Shown in pieces: positions 36,530 to 45,600 of a DNA stretch of 64,000 nucleotides. This DNA is from Gaiellaceae bacterium (GTDB taxonomy: Bacteria > Actinomycetota > Thermoleophilia > Gaiellales > Gaiellaceae). Every line of letters begins with the position of its first letter. Within the stretch, counting starts at the first letter, position 1. The notes beneath the pieces were generated by a model that was not told the origin of the DNA, made no database searches, and saw only the letters and a program-made list of their open reading frames with translations. The stretch lies in contig DATMJW010000124.1 in the NCBI GenBank assembly GCA_035553355.1, positions 13,209 to 77,208 on the forward strand, given 5' to 3'. Position numbers and translations under genes: made by a program.

Positions 36530-36846
36530 GCGACACGTTCGACCGGCCGACGCTCCAGGAGCTGTGCGAGGCGGTACGGGAGTTCCTCGAGCGCGAGATC
36601 CTGCCCGTCGTCGAGGACCACAGGCTGCGCTTCCGGACGCTCGTCGCGATCAACGGCCTCGGGATCGCGGAGCGCGAGCTGTGGGCGACCGCACTCGAGC
36701 GCGACGAGGCGGAGGCGCGCGAGCTGGCGGAGCGGATCCGCGCCGGCGACGTCCCGGAAGACGCCGTCGCGCTCCTGAAGGAGCACGTCGCGCGCAAGCT
36801 GCGGGTCTCGAACCCGCGCCAGCTCGCCAAGTACGAAGGCGACTAG
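36526..36846 (+). CDS. Small (106 aa) helical protein coupled to the kinase; LvaB-like position
   Basis: GTGA overlap. [27 protein letters not shown]... No recognisable catalytic motif. Confidence 0.6.
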   Translation: MSDTFDRPTLQELCEAVREFLEREILPVVEDHRLRFRTLVAINGLGIAERELWATALERDEAEARELAERIRAGDVPEDAVALLKEHVARKLRVSNPRQLAKYEGD

Positions 36847-38366
36847 AGCCGCACGCGGACGGTGTGGTGGCCCGTTGCGCCGTTCGGCGCGACGTCCGTC
36901 CGCTCGGCCGGCTGCGTGTCGCCTGCACCGTCCGTCGCCCGTACCGCGACCTCGTATTCGCGGCCCTGCTGCCCCTCCCACGGGAGGAACCACTGCCGCC
37001 AGCTGTCCGGTCCGATCGACGCGGCCAGCGTCGCCGTCCGCCACGGCCCGTCGTCGAAGCGCACCTCGACGCGCTCGATCCCGCGCGTCGGCGCCCACGC
37101 GACTCCGGCGACGACGTCGTCGCGGACGACGTCGATCCGCGACTGCGTCTTCACCGGCGCCTCCTTCGCCCAGCCGCGCGGGATCCAGTAGCCGTCGACG
37201 TCCTCGAGGCGGGTCAGCTCGATCGCGCTCAGCCACTTCACGGCCGATACGTAGCCGTAGAGGCCGGGGACGACGATCCGCGCGGGGAAGCCGTGATCCA
37301 CCGGCAGCGGCTCGCCGTTCATCGCGATCGCGACGAGCGCGTCGCGGCCGTCCAGCGCGACCTCGGTCGGGAAGCCGGCGGTGAAGCCGTCGACGGAGCG
37401 GCCGAGCACCTGCGTCCCCTCCGGGCGGACGCGTGCGCGCTCGAGGAGGTCGCGGAGTGGGACACCCTGCCAGCGCGCGTTCCCAACGAGGCTCCCGCCG
37501 ACCTCGTTCGAGACGCACGAGAGGGTGATGTCGGCTTCGACGTGCGGCATCGCGAGCAGCTCGGCGTACGTGAGCGTGAACGGCTCCTCCACGAGCCCCT
37601 TCACGCGGAGCTTCCACTGCGCGGGGTCGACCTGCGGGACGAGGAGCGCGGTGTCGATGCGGTAGAAGCGCTCGTTCGGCATGTAGAGCGGCGTGATCCC
37701 GGGGATGCGCAGCGCTGCGCCTGCCGGCGGTGCGGGAGCCGGTCGAGCCGGCTTCGGCAAGCCGACGGCCTGCCGGATGCGCTCCACCTTGCCGCGGGCG
37801 GCGACGAGGCGGCCGCCGACCGTGGCCGCCCCTGCGAGGACGACGGCGCCGGCCGCGGCGCCGAGGAAACGCCGGCGATCGGCGACGCCGCCGGCGGTGG
37901 GGTCGCGGCCGGTTTCCGCGTGGGTGACGCTGCGCGTCGGCCACAGCAGCAGCGCCCACAGCGTTGCGATTCCGGCGGCGCCGCCTGCGAGACCCGCGGC
38001 GATGGGCGCTCCCGCTCCGACCTGGGGGTCGGCGAGCGACGCCGCGACGGCGAGCGCGGTCATCGCGGCCAGGAGCGCTGCGCCCAGGCGGAAGCGCCGC
38101 CGCCCGAGCAGCCCGACGGCGACCCCGAGGAGCGCGGAGACGAGCAGGATGTTCGCGATCAGGAACGGCTTGTCGTTCGTGCCGAGCGCCGAGATCACCG
38201 CCCGTTCGACTGCTCCGGGGACGTTGTCGATGACGACGTCGCCGAGCGCGACGACGAGCGACCGGCCGTCGGATGCGACGCCGGTGACGAGCTCCGCAAC
38301 GCCGAGCGTCACTGCGGCGGCGAGAACGCCGGCGGCACCGGCGCGGACTGAGGCGGGGCTCGGCAT
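36843..38366 (-). CDS. Membrane-anchored molybdopterin-dependent oxidoreductase (sulfite oxidase / YedY family)
   Basis: 507 aa. N-terminal TM region, then an RRRFLGAAAG Tat-like motif, then ITLSCVSNEVGG...WQGVPL (Mo-Cys loop). Confidence 0.85.
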   Translation of the reverse strand: MPSPASVRAGAAGVLAAAVTLGVAELVTGVASDGRSLVVALGDVVIDNVPGAVERAVISALGTNDKPFLIANILLVSALLGVAVGLLGRRRFRLGAALLAAMTALAVAASLADPQVGAGAPIAAGLAGGAAGIATLWALLLWPTRSVTHAETGRDPTAGGVADRRRFLGAAAGAVVLAGAATVGGRLVAARGKVERIRQAVGLPKPARPAPAPPAGAALRIPGITPLYMPNERFYRIDTALLVPQVDPAQWKLRVKGLVEEPFTLTYAELLAMPHVEADITLSCVSNEVGGSLVGNARWQGVPLRDLLERARVRPEGTQVLGRSVDGFTAGFPTEVALDGRDALVAIAMNGEPLPVDHGFPARIVVPGLYGYVSAVKWLSAIELTRLEDVDGYWIPRGWAKEAPVKTQSRIDVVRDDVVAGVAWAPTRGIERVEVRFDDGPWRTATLAASIGPDSWRQWFLPWEGQQGREYEVAVRATDGAGDTQPAERTDVAPNGATGHHTVRVRL

Positions 38367-38402
38367 GGGAACGAGAGTAGAGCCTGAGGATCGTGTCCCG
38401 TG

Positions 38403-39158
38403 TTACGAAACGAGGTAGCGGAGCACCTCGATCTCGTCCGCGTCGGCGCCGAGGTACGCGCCCCGGATCACCGCCCACTCCCGCATGCGCCGCTCGTCGA
38501 GGCCGGCCGCCGCGAAGGCCGCGAGGCGGTGCTCGGTCACGTCCGCGCGCATCCGGTACGGCAGCGGGTTCCAGAGGTAGGACGCGACGTCGAACTCCGG
38601 CTCGCCGAGCATCGGCTTCGGGTCGATCGCGAGCCAGCCCCGGTCCGAGAGCAGGACGTTGTGGTGGTGGAAGTCCCCGTGGACGAGCGTGTCGCCCCGC
38701 TTCGGCAGCCGCGCGTAGAGCGCGCGCGCGAGCGGCGCGAGCGGATGCTCGGCCGCGTCCGCGAGCCACCGCGGCACGTGGTCGTGGATCGACCGGAACG
38801 GCGCCCGGGCCGGCCGCCACAGCCGCGCCCCCAGCTCGACCGCGACCGCTGTCGCCTCGTCCTCAGCGAGCGTCGAGAGGTCGTCGCCCGGTCGCGCCCG
38901 CTCGAGCAGCAGCGCGCGCCGGCTGCGGTCGTGCCGGAGCAACCGCACCGCGCCGTCGCCGTTCCAGAGCCCGAGCGCGTCCGCCTCCTCGTCTGCCTCG
39001 TCGTCGTCCGGCGGCACGACCTTCAGCACCGCACGGGCCCCCGCCGCCGCGACGTACGAGTACCGCGCCAGCGCGGCCCGCTCGCCGAGCTCGACCCCCC
39101 ACTCCGCGGCGACCTCCACCGCGACCGCGCGGAGCGGCCGCAGGTCGGGCTGCGGCAC
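38403..39158 (-). CDS. APH(6)/streptomycin-6-kinase-like phosphotransferase
   Basis: GTG 39158 (TAGTG junction with the thiolase stop). LVHGDFHHHNVLLSDRGWLAIDPKPMLGEPEFDVASYLWNP. 251 aa. Confidence 0.75.
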   Translation of the reverse strand: MPQPDLRPLRAVAVEVAAEWGVELGERAALARYSYVAAAGARAVLKVVPPDDDEADEEADALGLWNGDGAVRLLRHDRSRRALLLERARPGDDLSTLAEDEATAVAVELGARLWRPARAPFRSIHDHVPRWLADAAEHPLAPLARALYARLPKRGDTLVHGDFHHHNVLLSDRGWLAIDPKPMLGEPEFDVASYLWNPLPYRMRADVTEHRLAAFAAAGLDERRMREWAVIRGAYLGADADEIEVLRYLVS

Positions 39159-40318
39159 TAGCGCAGCCGCTCGACGAGCATGGCCATGCCCTGCCCGCCG
39201 CCGACGCACATCGTCTCGAGACCGATCGTCCCGTCGACGGCGTCGAGGTCGTTCAACAGCGTGCACATGATCCGCGCGCCGGTCATGCCGTAGGGGTGGC
39301 CGAGCGCGATCGCGCCGCCGTGGGGATTCAGCTTCTCGCCGAAGGGGTCGACGCCGAGCGCTTCGCACACCGGCAGCACCTGCGCGGCGAACGCCTCGTT
39401 CAGCTCCATCACGTCCACGCCGTCGATCGTCATGCCCGCGCGCGCGAGCACCTGCCGCACGGCGTCGATCGGGCCGACGCCCATGATCTCGGGATCGAGC
39501 CCCGACACGGACGAGGCGATGATCCGCGCGCGCGGCTGCACACCCAGTTCGCGCGCCTTCGTGTCGGACATCACGACGACAGCGGCGGCGCCGTCGTTCA
39601 GCGGGCACGAGTTCCCGGCCGTCACGCGGCCGTCGTCCCTGAACGCGGGCGGCAGCTCGGCGAGCTTCTCGAGCGTCGAGCTCGGCCTCGGCCCGTCGTC
39701 GTGCTCGACCACCGTCCCGTCGGCGCGGGTGTAGGGCGTGATCTCGCGCGCGAAGTGCCCTGACTGCTGCGCCGCAACGGCGCGCTCCTGCGAGCGCTGC
39801 GCGAAGCGGTCCATGTCCTCCCGCGAGACGCCGTAGCGGTCGGCCACGTTCTCCGCGGTCATCCCCATCGGGATGTAGACGTCCGCGACCGCGCCGTCGC
39901 CGTGGAGGCGCGGGTGGAGCTCGTCGGCGTCCTTCGGGTAGCCGTTCACCTGCGAGATCGACTCCACGCCGGCCGCCACGAAGACGTCGCCCTCCCCCGC
40001 GCGGATCGCGTGGAAGGCCATCCGCTGCGTCTGGAGCGACGAGGCGCAGAAGCGGTTGACGGTGGTGCCCGGGACCGACTCGGGCAGCCCCGCGAGCAGC
40101 GCCGCACGGCGCGCCAGGTTCATCCCCTGCTTCCCCTCCGGGAACCCGCAGCCGACGATCACGTCCTCCACGTCGTCCGGAGCGAGGCCCTCGACCTGCG
40201 CGACCGCCTCGCGGATCGCGAACGCGACGAGGTCGTCGGGGCGCTCGCCGACGAGCGATCCCTTCGCGGCACGCCCGATCGGCGTGCGGACGGCGCTGGC
40301 GATGACGGCTTCTGGCAT
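39158..40318 (-). CDS. Acetyl-CoA C-acyltransferase (thiolase)
   Basis: ATG 40318 with GGAGGAG SD. NRFCASSLQ, ...CVGGGQGMAMLVE. 386 aa. Confidence 0.9.
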   Translation of the reverse strand: MPEAVIASAVRTPIGRAAKGSLVGERPDDLVAFAIREAVAQVEGLAPDDVEDVIVGCGFPEGKQGMNLARRAALLAGLPESVPGTTVNRFCASSLQTQRMAFHAIRAGEGDVFVAAGVESISQVNGYPKDADELHPRLHGDGAVADVYIPMGMTAENVADRYGVSREDMDRFAQRSQERAVAAQQSGHFAREITPYTRADGTVVEHDDGPRPSSTLEKLAELPPAFRDDGRVTAGNSCPLNDGAAAVVVMSDTKARELGVQPRARIIASSVSGLDPEIMGVGPIDAVRQVLARAGMTIDGVDVMELNEAFAAQVLPVCEALGVDPFGEKLNPHGGAIALGHPYGMTGARIMCTLLNDLDAVDGTIGLETMCVGGGQGMAMLVERLR

Positions 40319-40328
40319 CGGCTCCTCC

Positions 40329-41480
40329 TCAGGAAAAGGCTGCTTCACCCGTGAGCGCACGCCCCACGATCAGCTGCTGGATCTGGCTCGTGCCCTCGTA
40401 CAGGGTCGTGACGCGCGCGTCGCGGAGGTACTTCGCGACGGGGTAGTCGTCGACGTAACCGTAGCCGCCGAGGACCTGCACGGCCGCGTTCGCCGCCCGC
40501 ACCGCCGCCTCGCTCGCGTACCACTTCGCGAGCGACGCCTCGGTCGTGTACGGCCGCCCCGCATCGGCGAGCGCAGCCGCACGCCACGTTAGGAGCCGCG
40601 CGGCCTCCGTCTCCGCGTGCATCTCGGCGAGGAGCCCTTGCAGGAGCTGGAACCGCGCGATCGGCCGGCCGAACGCCTCCCGCTCCCGCGCGTACGCGAC
40701 CGAGGCGTCGAGGCACGCCTGTGCGATCCCCACGCATCCTGCGGCGAGCGAGATGCGGCCGTTGTCGAGCGCCGACATCGCGACCTTGAACCCCGCTCCC
40801 TCGTCCCCGAGCCGCGCCGAGTCCGGTACGCGCACGCCCTCGAGCGTCAGCTCCGCGGTGTCCTGCGCGCGCAGCCCGAGCTTCCCCTTCATCGGCCTGG
40901 CGACGAACCCGGCCGCTGCGGTCGGGACGAGGAACGCCGTGATCCCGCGCGCCCCCTCGCCGCCGCTCCGCGCGAAGACGATCGCGACCGACGCCCACGA
41001 CCCGAGCGTGATGAACACCTTCGACCCCGTCAGCACCCACTCGTCCCCGTCGCGCTCGGCGCGCGTCGCGAGCGCCGCCGCGTCCGACCCGCACCCGGGC
41101 TCGGTCAGCGCGTAGCAGCCGAGCGCCTCACCCGCGGCGAGCGCCGGCAGCCACTCGGCCTGCTGCGCGGGAGTGCCCCAGCGAGCGACGGTCTTCCCGA
41201 AGAGACCGTTCGAGACGGAGACGATTCCGCGCACCGACGAATCGGCGCGGCCGAGCTCCTCGCAGAGCAGCGTGTAGGAGACGCTGTCGAGCCCGCCGCC
41301 GCCGAGCTCGTCCGGCAGTGACGCCGCGAGGAAGCCCGCCTCCGCGAGCTTCGGCACGAGCTCGCGCGGGAGCTCCTCCGCCTCGTCCCACGCACGCGCG
41401 TGCGGCACGAGCTCGCGGTCGCAGAACGACCTCGCCGTCGCGCGGATCAGCGCCTGCTCGTCCGTCAGCTCGAAGTCCAC
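40329..41480 (-). CDS. Acyl-CoA dehydrogenase (short/medium-chain type)
   Basis: 383 aa. YALTEPGCGSDAA, ...YEGTSQIQQLIVGRALTGE. Confidence 0.9.
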   Translation of the reverse strand: MDFELTDEQALIRATARSFCDRELVPHARAWDEAEELPRELVPKLAEAGFLAASLPDELGGGGLDSVSYTLLCEELGRADSSVRGIVSVSNGLFGKTVARWGTPAQQAEWLPALAAGEALGCYALTEPGCGSDAAALATRAERDGDEWVLTGSKVFITLGSWASVAIVFARSGGEGARGITAFLVPTAAAGFVARPMKGKLGLRAQDTAELTLEGVRVPDSARLGDEGAGFKVAMSALDNGRISLAAGCVGIAQACLDASVAYAREREAFGRPIARFQLLQGLLAEMHAETEAARLLTWRAAALADAGRPYTTEASLAKWYASEAAVRAANAAVQVLGGYGYVDDYPVAKYLRDARVTTLYEGTSQIQQLIVGRALTGEAAFS

Positions 41481-41509
41481 GCGCCAACCCTACGCCCCCA
41501 GTGAACGCG

Positions 41510-41534
41510 ACGGGGCCGGCAGTGCCGGCCCCGT
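41510..41534 (-). terminator. Perfect 11-bp GC hairpin 24 nt after the SBP stop
   Basis: ACGGGGCCGGC-AGT-GCCGGCCCCGT. No U-tract. Confidence 0.45.
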
Positions 41535-41557
41535 CGTGCGGTTCCTTTCCGAGCGGA

Positions 41558-42823
41558 CTAGCCGCGCGGGCGCAGGTCGACCAGGCGGCCGGAGAGCCGC
41601 CACGTGCCGTTGTTGTAGACCTGCATCTGCTGCTGCGAGATCATGAAGCGGTCCGTCGCGGACGTCTTCAGACGCACGCTCGGGAGCAGGTACGGCGTCG
41701 TCTCGTCGAACGAGAGCATCGCCCGCATCAGCGACGCCCGCGTCGGATTGCGACCCGCCTTGTACAGGGCCCGGACGAACGTGTCCGCCTTCGCGAAGCC
41801 GTAGAAGTTCAGGCTGTCGTTCGGGTTGCCGTTCGGGTTGTACTTCGCCATCAGCGCCTTGTACTGCTTCACGATCCGGTCGTTCGCCCACTGCGGGTTG
41901 GCCGGGTCCTTCAGGTACGCCGCGCTGATCGAGCCGTTGACGGTGTCGGCGCTCGAGGAGCGGACGGCCGTCGTCATGAACGTGTCGGTCGCGGAGACCG
42001 AGTTCACGTAGATGTTCGGCTTCCAGCCGAGGGCCCGGATGATCGCGTACGTCTGGATCGTCGGCCGCGGCGTGACGAAGATCAGCAGCGTGTCGGCGCC
42101 CGATGCACGCAGCTTCACGAGCTGCGACTGCGGGCTCGGCTGCGTGACCTCGTACGCCTCCTCCGCGACGACCTGCCGCTGCACCTTCGCGCGGCCGAGC
42201 GCCGACTTGAAGCCGTAGACGTAGTCCTTCCCGTAGCTGTCGTTCTGGAAGAGGATCGCGATCTTCGCGTTCGGCCTGTTCCGCGAGACGTCGAGGCCGT
42301 AGAGCCGCCCCTCCGCGATGTAGTCGGGCTGCCACCCCATCGTCCACGGGTGACGCTTCGCGTCCTCCTTCGAGCTGAACTGCGTCGCGCCCGTCGAGAC
42401 GAGCACGTGCGGGACCCGCGCCTCGTTGAGGTACGGGCGGATGGCCTCGTTCACCTCGGTCCCGAGGGAGCCGACGACGGCGAAGACCTTGTCCTCCTGG
42501 ACGAGCTTCCGCGTCAGCTGCACGGAGTTCACCGGGTTGTAGCCGTCGTCGTAGAACTTGAAGACGATCTGCCGGCCGTACACGCCACGCTTCCCATCGG
42601 GACCGCGGCGCGAGTTGACGTACGAGAAATACGCCTTCATCCCCGCGGGGATCGGCGCATAGCTCGAAGCGGGTCCGGTGAGCGGGAACGTCCCGCCGAT
42701 CACGATCGACTTGCTCGTGACCCCCGGAGTCGCTGCGGTCGCGTCCGCCTTGGCGAACGCGGCCGGAATCGCGAGGGCGAGCGCCCCGAGTACTGCGAGC
42801 CCGGCGAGAGAGACCCTACGCAT
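41558..42823 (-). CDS. Orphan LivJ/K-family ABC substrate-binding protein
   Basis: 421 aa with signal peptide. IVIGGTFPLTGPASSYA... AAGGAG SD. No adjacent permease or ATPase. Confidence 0.85.
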   Translation of the reverse strand: MRRVSLAGLAVLGALALAIPAAFAKADATAATPGVTSKSIVIGGTFPLTGPASSYAPIPAGMKAYFSYVNSRRGPDGKRGVYGRQIVFKFYDDGYNPVNSVQLTRKLVQEDKVFAVVGSLGTEVNEAIRPYLNEARVPHVLVSTGATQFSSKEDAKRHPWTMGWQPDYIAEGRLYGLDVSRNRPNAKIAILFQNDSYGKDYVYGFKSALGRAKVQRQVVAEEAYEVTQPSPQSQLVKLRASGADTLLIFVTPRPTIQTYAIIRALGWKPNIYVNSVSATDTFMTTAVRSSSADTVNGSISAAYLKDPANPQWANDRIVKQYKALMAKYNPNGNPNDSLNFYGFAKADTFVRALYKAGRNPTRASLMRAMLSFDETTPYLLPSVRLKTSATDRFMISQQQMQVYNNGTWRLSGRLVDLRPRG

Positions 42824-42913
42824 TAAGCACTCCTTCTTGAACAGGAATTCAATGCCGCTGCGGTCGCGACACTACTCCCTTGCAAGAAGTAAGACAACGG
42901 GAACGCCGGGAAG

Positions 42914-44821
42914 TTAGGCCGCGAGCGCTGCGGGATCCGTGACCGGCGCGCGACACGCGAAGCGCTCGCAGACGTACGCAGCGGGCCGGCCGCCGACGAG
43001 GTCCTTCCCCTCGAGCAGCGGGATCCCCGCGGCGGGGCCGACGGCGACCACCGTCTCCGGCTGCCACGGTGCGAGAGCCGCCCGCGCGATCTCGGTCTCG
43101 ACCCCGCCGACGAGCGCCAGCTCGCGGGGCGGGCTGAACCACAGCTCGAGCGCGCACAGCGCCCAGCCGAACGCGGACGGTGCCCGCTCGAGCGCCGGCT
43201 GCACGAGGCGGAAGACGCCGACGGCGTGTCGCTCGAGCTCGTCGTCGCCCCAGATCCGCGCGAGCCGGAGGAGGACGTGCGCCAGCATCGAGTTGCCCGA
43301 GGGGAGCGGGTGGTCGTCGAGCTCCTTCGTCCGCGCGACGAGCTGCTCCCCGTGCGCCGGGGAGAGGTAGAAGCCGCCGCGCTCCTCGTCGGCGAAGAGC
43401 TCGACGGCGAGCCGCGCGAGGCGGTAGGCCTCCTCGAGCCAGGGGAGCTCGCCGGTCGCGACGTGGAGCTCGAGCAGCCCGTGCGCGACGTTCGCGTAGT
43501 CGTCGAGGAAGCCGGTGCCGCTCGTGCGGCCGTCGCGGTAGCTCCGCAGCAGCCTGCCGTCGGCATCGGAGAGCGGCCCGAGCAGGAACGCGCCGATGCC
43601 GCGCGCGGCCTCGACCCAGTCCGGCCGCTCGAGCCGCCGCCCCGCCTCCGCGATCGCGGCGAGCGCGAGGCCGTTCCACGAGGCGATCGCCTTGTCGTCG
43701 CGGAGCGCCTTCGGGCGCGTCTCGCGGATCTCGAAGAGCCGCCGCTTGAGCTCCGGGTCGATCTCGCCGCGGATGATCGAGCGCCCGTGCTCGAACGGCT
43801 CGAGCAGCTCGGCCGGGACGCCCTCTTCCTCGGTCCACGTGAACGTGAGGCCCTCGACGCCGTCGGTATCGGCGTCCTGGGCGGAGGCGAGGCCGCCGTG
43901 GTCGAGCAGGAGCTCGCGCAGCACGTACTCGAGCGTCTCCGTGCAGACGTCGCGGTAGCGGTCCGTGCCGGTGACGAGCCACGCGTGGAGATACGCGGGC
44001 GCGAGCAGCGCGTTGTCGTACAGCATCTTCTCGAAGTGCGGCACGAGCCAGCGCTCGTCCACCGAGTAGCGGTGGAAGCCGCCGCCGAGGAGGTCGTACA
44101 TGCCTCCGCGCGCCATCTCGTCGAGCGTGTGGGTCGCCATCTGGAGCGCGTCGTCGTCGCCGTGCTCGTGCGCGCGGCGGAGCAGGAGCTCGATCGTCGG
44201 CGCGTTCGGGAACTTCGGTGCGCGGCCCCAGCCGCCGAAGACGGGCTCGAAGCCCCTGCGGAGGTTGCGGACCGCGGCGGGCAGGAGCGACTCCGTCAGC
44301 GGATCGGTCGAAGGACGCAGCGTGCTCGAGTGGCGGACGGCCTCGACGAGCTGCGTCGCCGATCGCGTCACCTCGTCACGGCGGTTGCGCCACGCGTCGG
44401 CGAGCGCCTCGAGCACCTGCGCGAAGCTCGGGAGCCCGTGGCGCGGCTCCGGCGGGAAGTACGTGCCGCCGTAGAACGGCTCGCCGTCGGGCGTGAGGAA
44501 GACCGTCATCGGCCACCCGCCGTGGCCGGTCATGGTGACGACCGCCTCCATGTAGACGGCGTCGAGGTCGGGCCGCTCCTCCCGGTCGACCTTGACGTTC
44601 ACGAAGTGCTCGTTCATGAGCGCCGCGGTCGCGTCGTCCTCGAACGACTCGTGCTCCATCACGTGGCACCAGTGGCAGGCGGAGTAGCCGATCGAGAGCA
44701 AAATCGGCTTGTCCTCGGCGCGGGCGCGCGCGAGCGCCTCGTCTCCCCACGGGTACCAGTCGACGGGGTTGTCCGCGTGCTGGAGGAGGTAGGGGCTCGT
44801 CTCGTGCGCGAGGCGGTTCAC
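42914..44821 (-). CDS. yyaL: Thioredoxin-domain protein YyaL (DUF255 plus six-hairpin glycosidase-like domain)
   Basis: GTG 44821 (GTGA overlap). [36 protein letters not shown]. 635 aa. Confidence 0.85.
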   Translation of the reverse strand: MNRLAHETSPYLLQHADNPVDWYPWGDEALARARAEDKPILLSIGYSACHWCHVMEHESFEDDATAALMNEHFVNVKVDREERPDLDAVYMEAVVTMTGHGGWPMTVFLTPDGEPFYGGTYFPPEPRHGLPSFAQVLEALADAWRNRRDEVTRSATQLVEAVRHSSTLRPSTDPLTESLLPAAVRNLRRGFEPVFGGWGRAPKFPNAPTIELLLRRAHEHGDDDALQMATHTLDEMARGGMYDLLGGGFHRYSVDERWLVPHFEKMLYDNALLAPAYLHAWLVTGTDRYRDVCTETLEYVLRELLLDHGGLASAQDADTDGVEGLTFTWTEEEGVPAELLEPFEHGRSIIRGEIDPELKRRLFEIRETRPKALRDDKAIASWNGLALAAIAEAGRRLERPDWVEAARGIGAFLLGPLSDADGRLLRSYRDGRTSGTGFLDDYANVAHGLLELHVATGELPWLEEAYRLARLAVELFADEERGGFYLSPAHGEQLVARTKELDDHPLPSGNSMLAHVLLRLARIWGDDELERHAVGVFRLVQPALERAPSAFGWALCALELWFSPPRELALVGGVETEIARAALAPWQPETVVAVGPAAGIPLLEGKDLVGGRPAAYVCERFACRAPVTDPAALAA

Positions 44822-45561
44822 TGCAGAACCTCTCGTACACCCCGCAGCCGCGTACGAATCATGGCCTGGGCGCGGGAGGAGTCGAGCGTGCAATCGAGCG
44901 GCCGCGTCGGGGGCGCCTCCGCGCGCCGAACCGGTTGCGCCGCGACGAGCTCGGCGAGGTCGGCGCGCGAGACCGCATCCGCGCCGGCGACGTGCAGCGG
45001 CCCGGCGACGTCCAGCTCCGCGAGCTCGAGCAGCGCGGCCGCGAGGTCGCCCACCTGCACGGGACTCCGGATCTCGTTCGTGAAGAACGCCATCGCGGCG
45101 TCGCGCGCGGCCACCTCGTGCTTCGACGGAGCGGCACCTCGTCCGCCCACGATGAGCGAGGTGCGGACGAGAAGCGCGTCCGGGTGCGCGGCTGAGACGA
45201 GCCTCTCCGCCTCGACCTTCGAGCGGCCGTAGTCGGTGACGGGGCAGACGGGGTCGTCCTCCACGTACGGCGTGCCCTTGCGCCCGTCGAAGACCACGTC
45301 GGTCGAGAGGTGCACGAGGCGTGCGCCGACGGCCGCCGCCGCGCGCGCGACGTTCGCCGCTCCCCCGCAGGTGATCGCGTGGGCGTCGGCCCCGTCCTGC
45401 CGGTAGGCGGTGTGGATCACCACGTCGGGGCGCACCCGCGCGAGGAGCTCCGACACGGCGCGCTCGTCGCGGATCTCGACGCGCTCGGCCGACGCGTCCG
45501 GCCGCAGGCGCACGAGCTCGCGCCCGAGGTAGCCGCTCGCTCCCGTCACGTGGAGCCTCAC
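44818..45561 (-). CDS. NAD(P)-dependent RmlD-like reductase/epimerase
   Basis: 247 aa. [15 protein letters not shown], ...YGRSKVEAE. Confidence 0.7.
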   Translation of the reverse strand: MRLHVTGASGYLGRELVRLRPDASAERVEIRDERAVSELLARVRPDVVIHTAYRQDGADAHAITCGGAANVARAAAAVGARLVHLSTDVVFDGRKGTPYVEDDPVCPVTDYGRSKVEAERLVSAAHPDALLVRTSLIVGGRGAAPSKHEVAARDAAMAFFTNEIRSPVQVGDLAAALLELAELDVAGPLHVAGADAVSRADLAELVAAQPVRRAEAPPTRPLDCTLDSSRAQAMIRTRLRGVREVLQ

Positions 45562-45587
45562 CGCGCGAGGCTAGCCGCCGCGCGCAC

Positions 45588-45593
45588 TACGCT
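45588..45593 (+). promoter_or_regulatory. Candidate -10 box TACGCT, 7 nt upstream of ATG 45601
   Basis: cacTACGCTctgccgcATG; no SD sequence present. Confidence 0.3.
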
Positions 45594-45600
45594 CTGCCGC

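Noticed and set aside
36322-38820. 832-aa minus-strand ORF, and other long ORFs at 26764..28203 (minus), 36564..38351 (plus), 43226..45232 (plus) and 49802..52291 (plus).
   Set aside because: Their composition is typical of off-frame or antisense translation, and all overlap confidently assigned genes.
35612-39158. Two APH-fold kinases plus the frameshifted NTase (26276) read as an aminoglycoside-resistance island or horizontally acquired cassette.
   Set aside because: There are no integrase, transposase or repeat boundaries. Composition and codon style match the neighbours. All are translationally embedded in metabolic operons, and the first kinase has the ACAD10/11-N-like signature rather than an antibiotic-kinase one.
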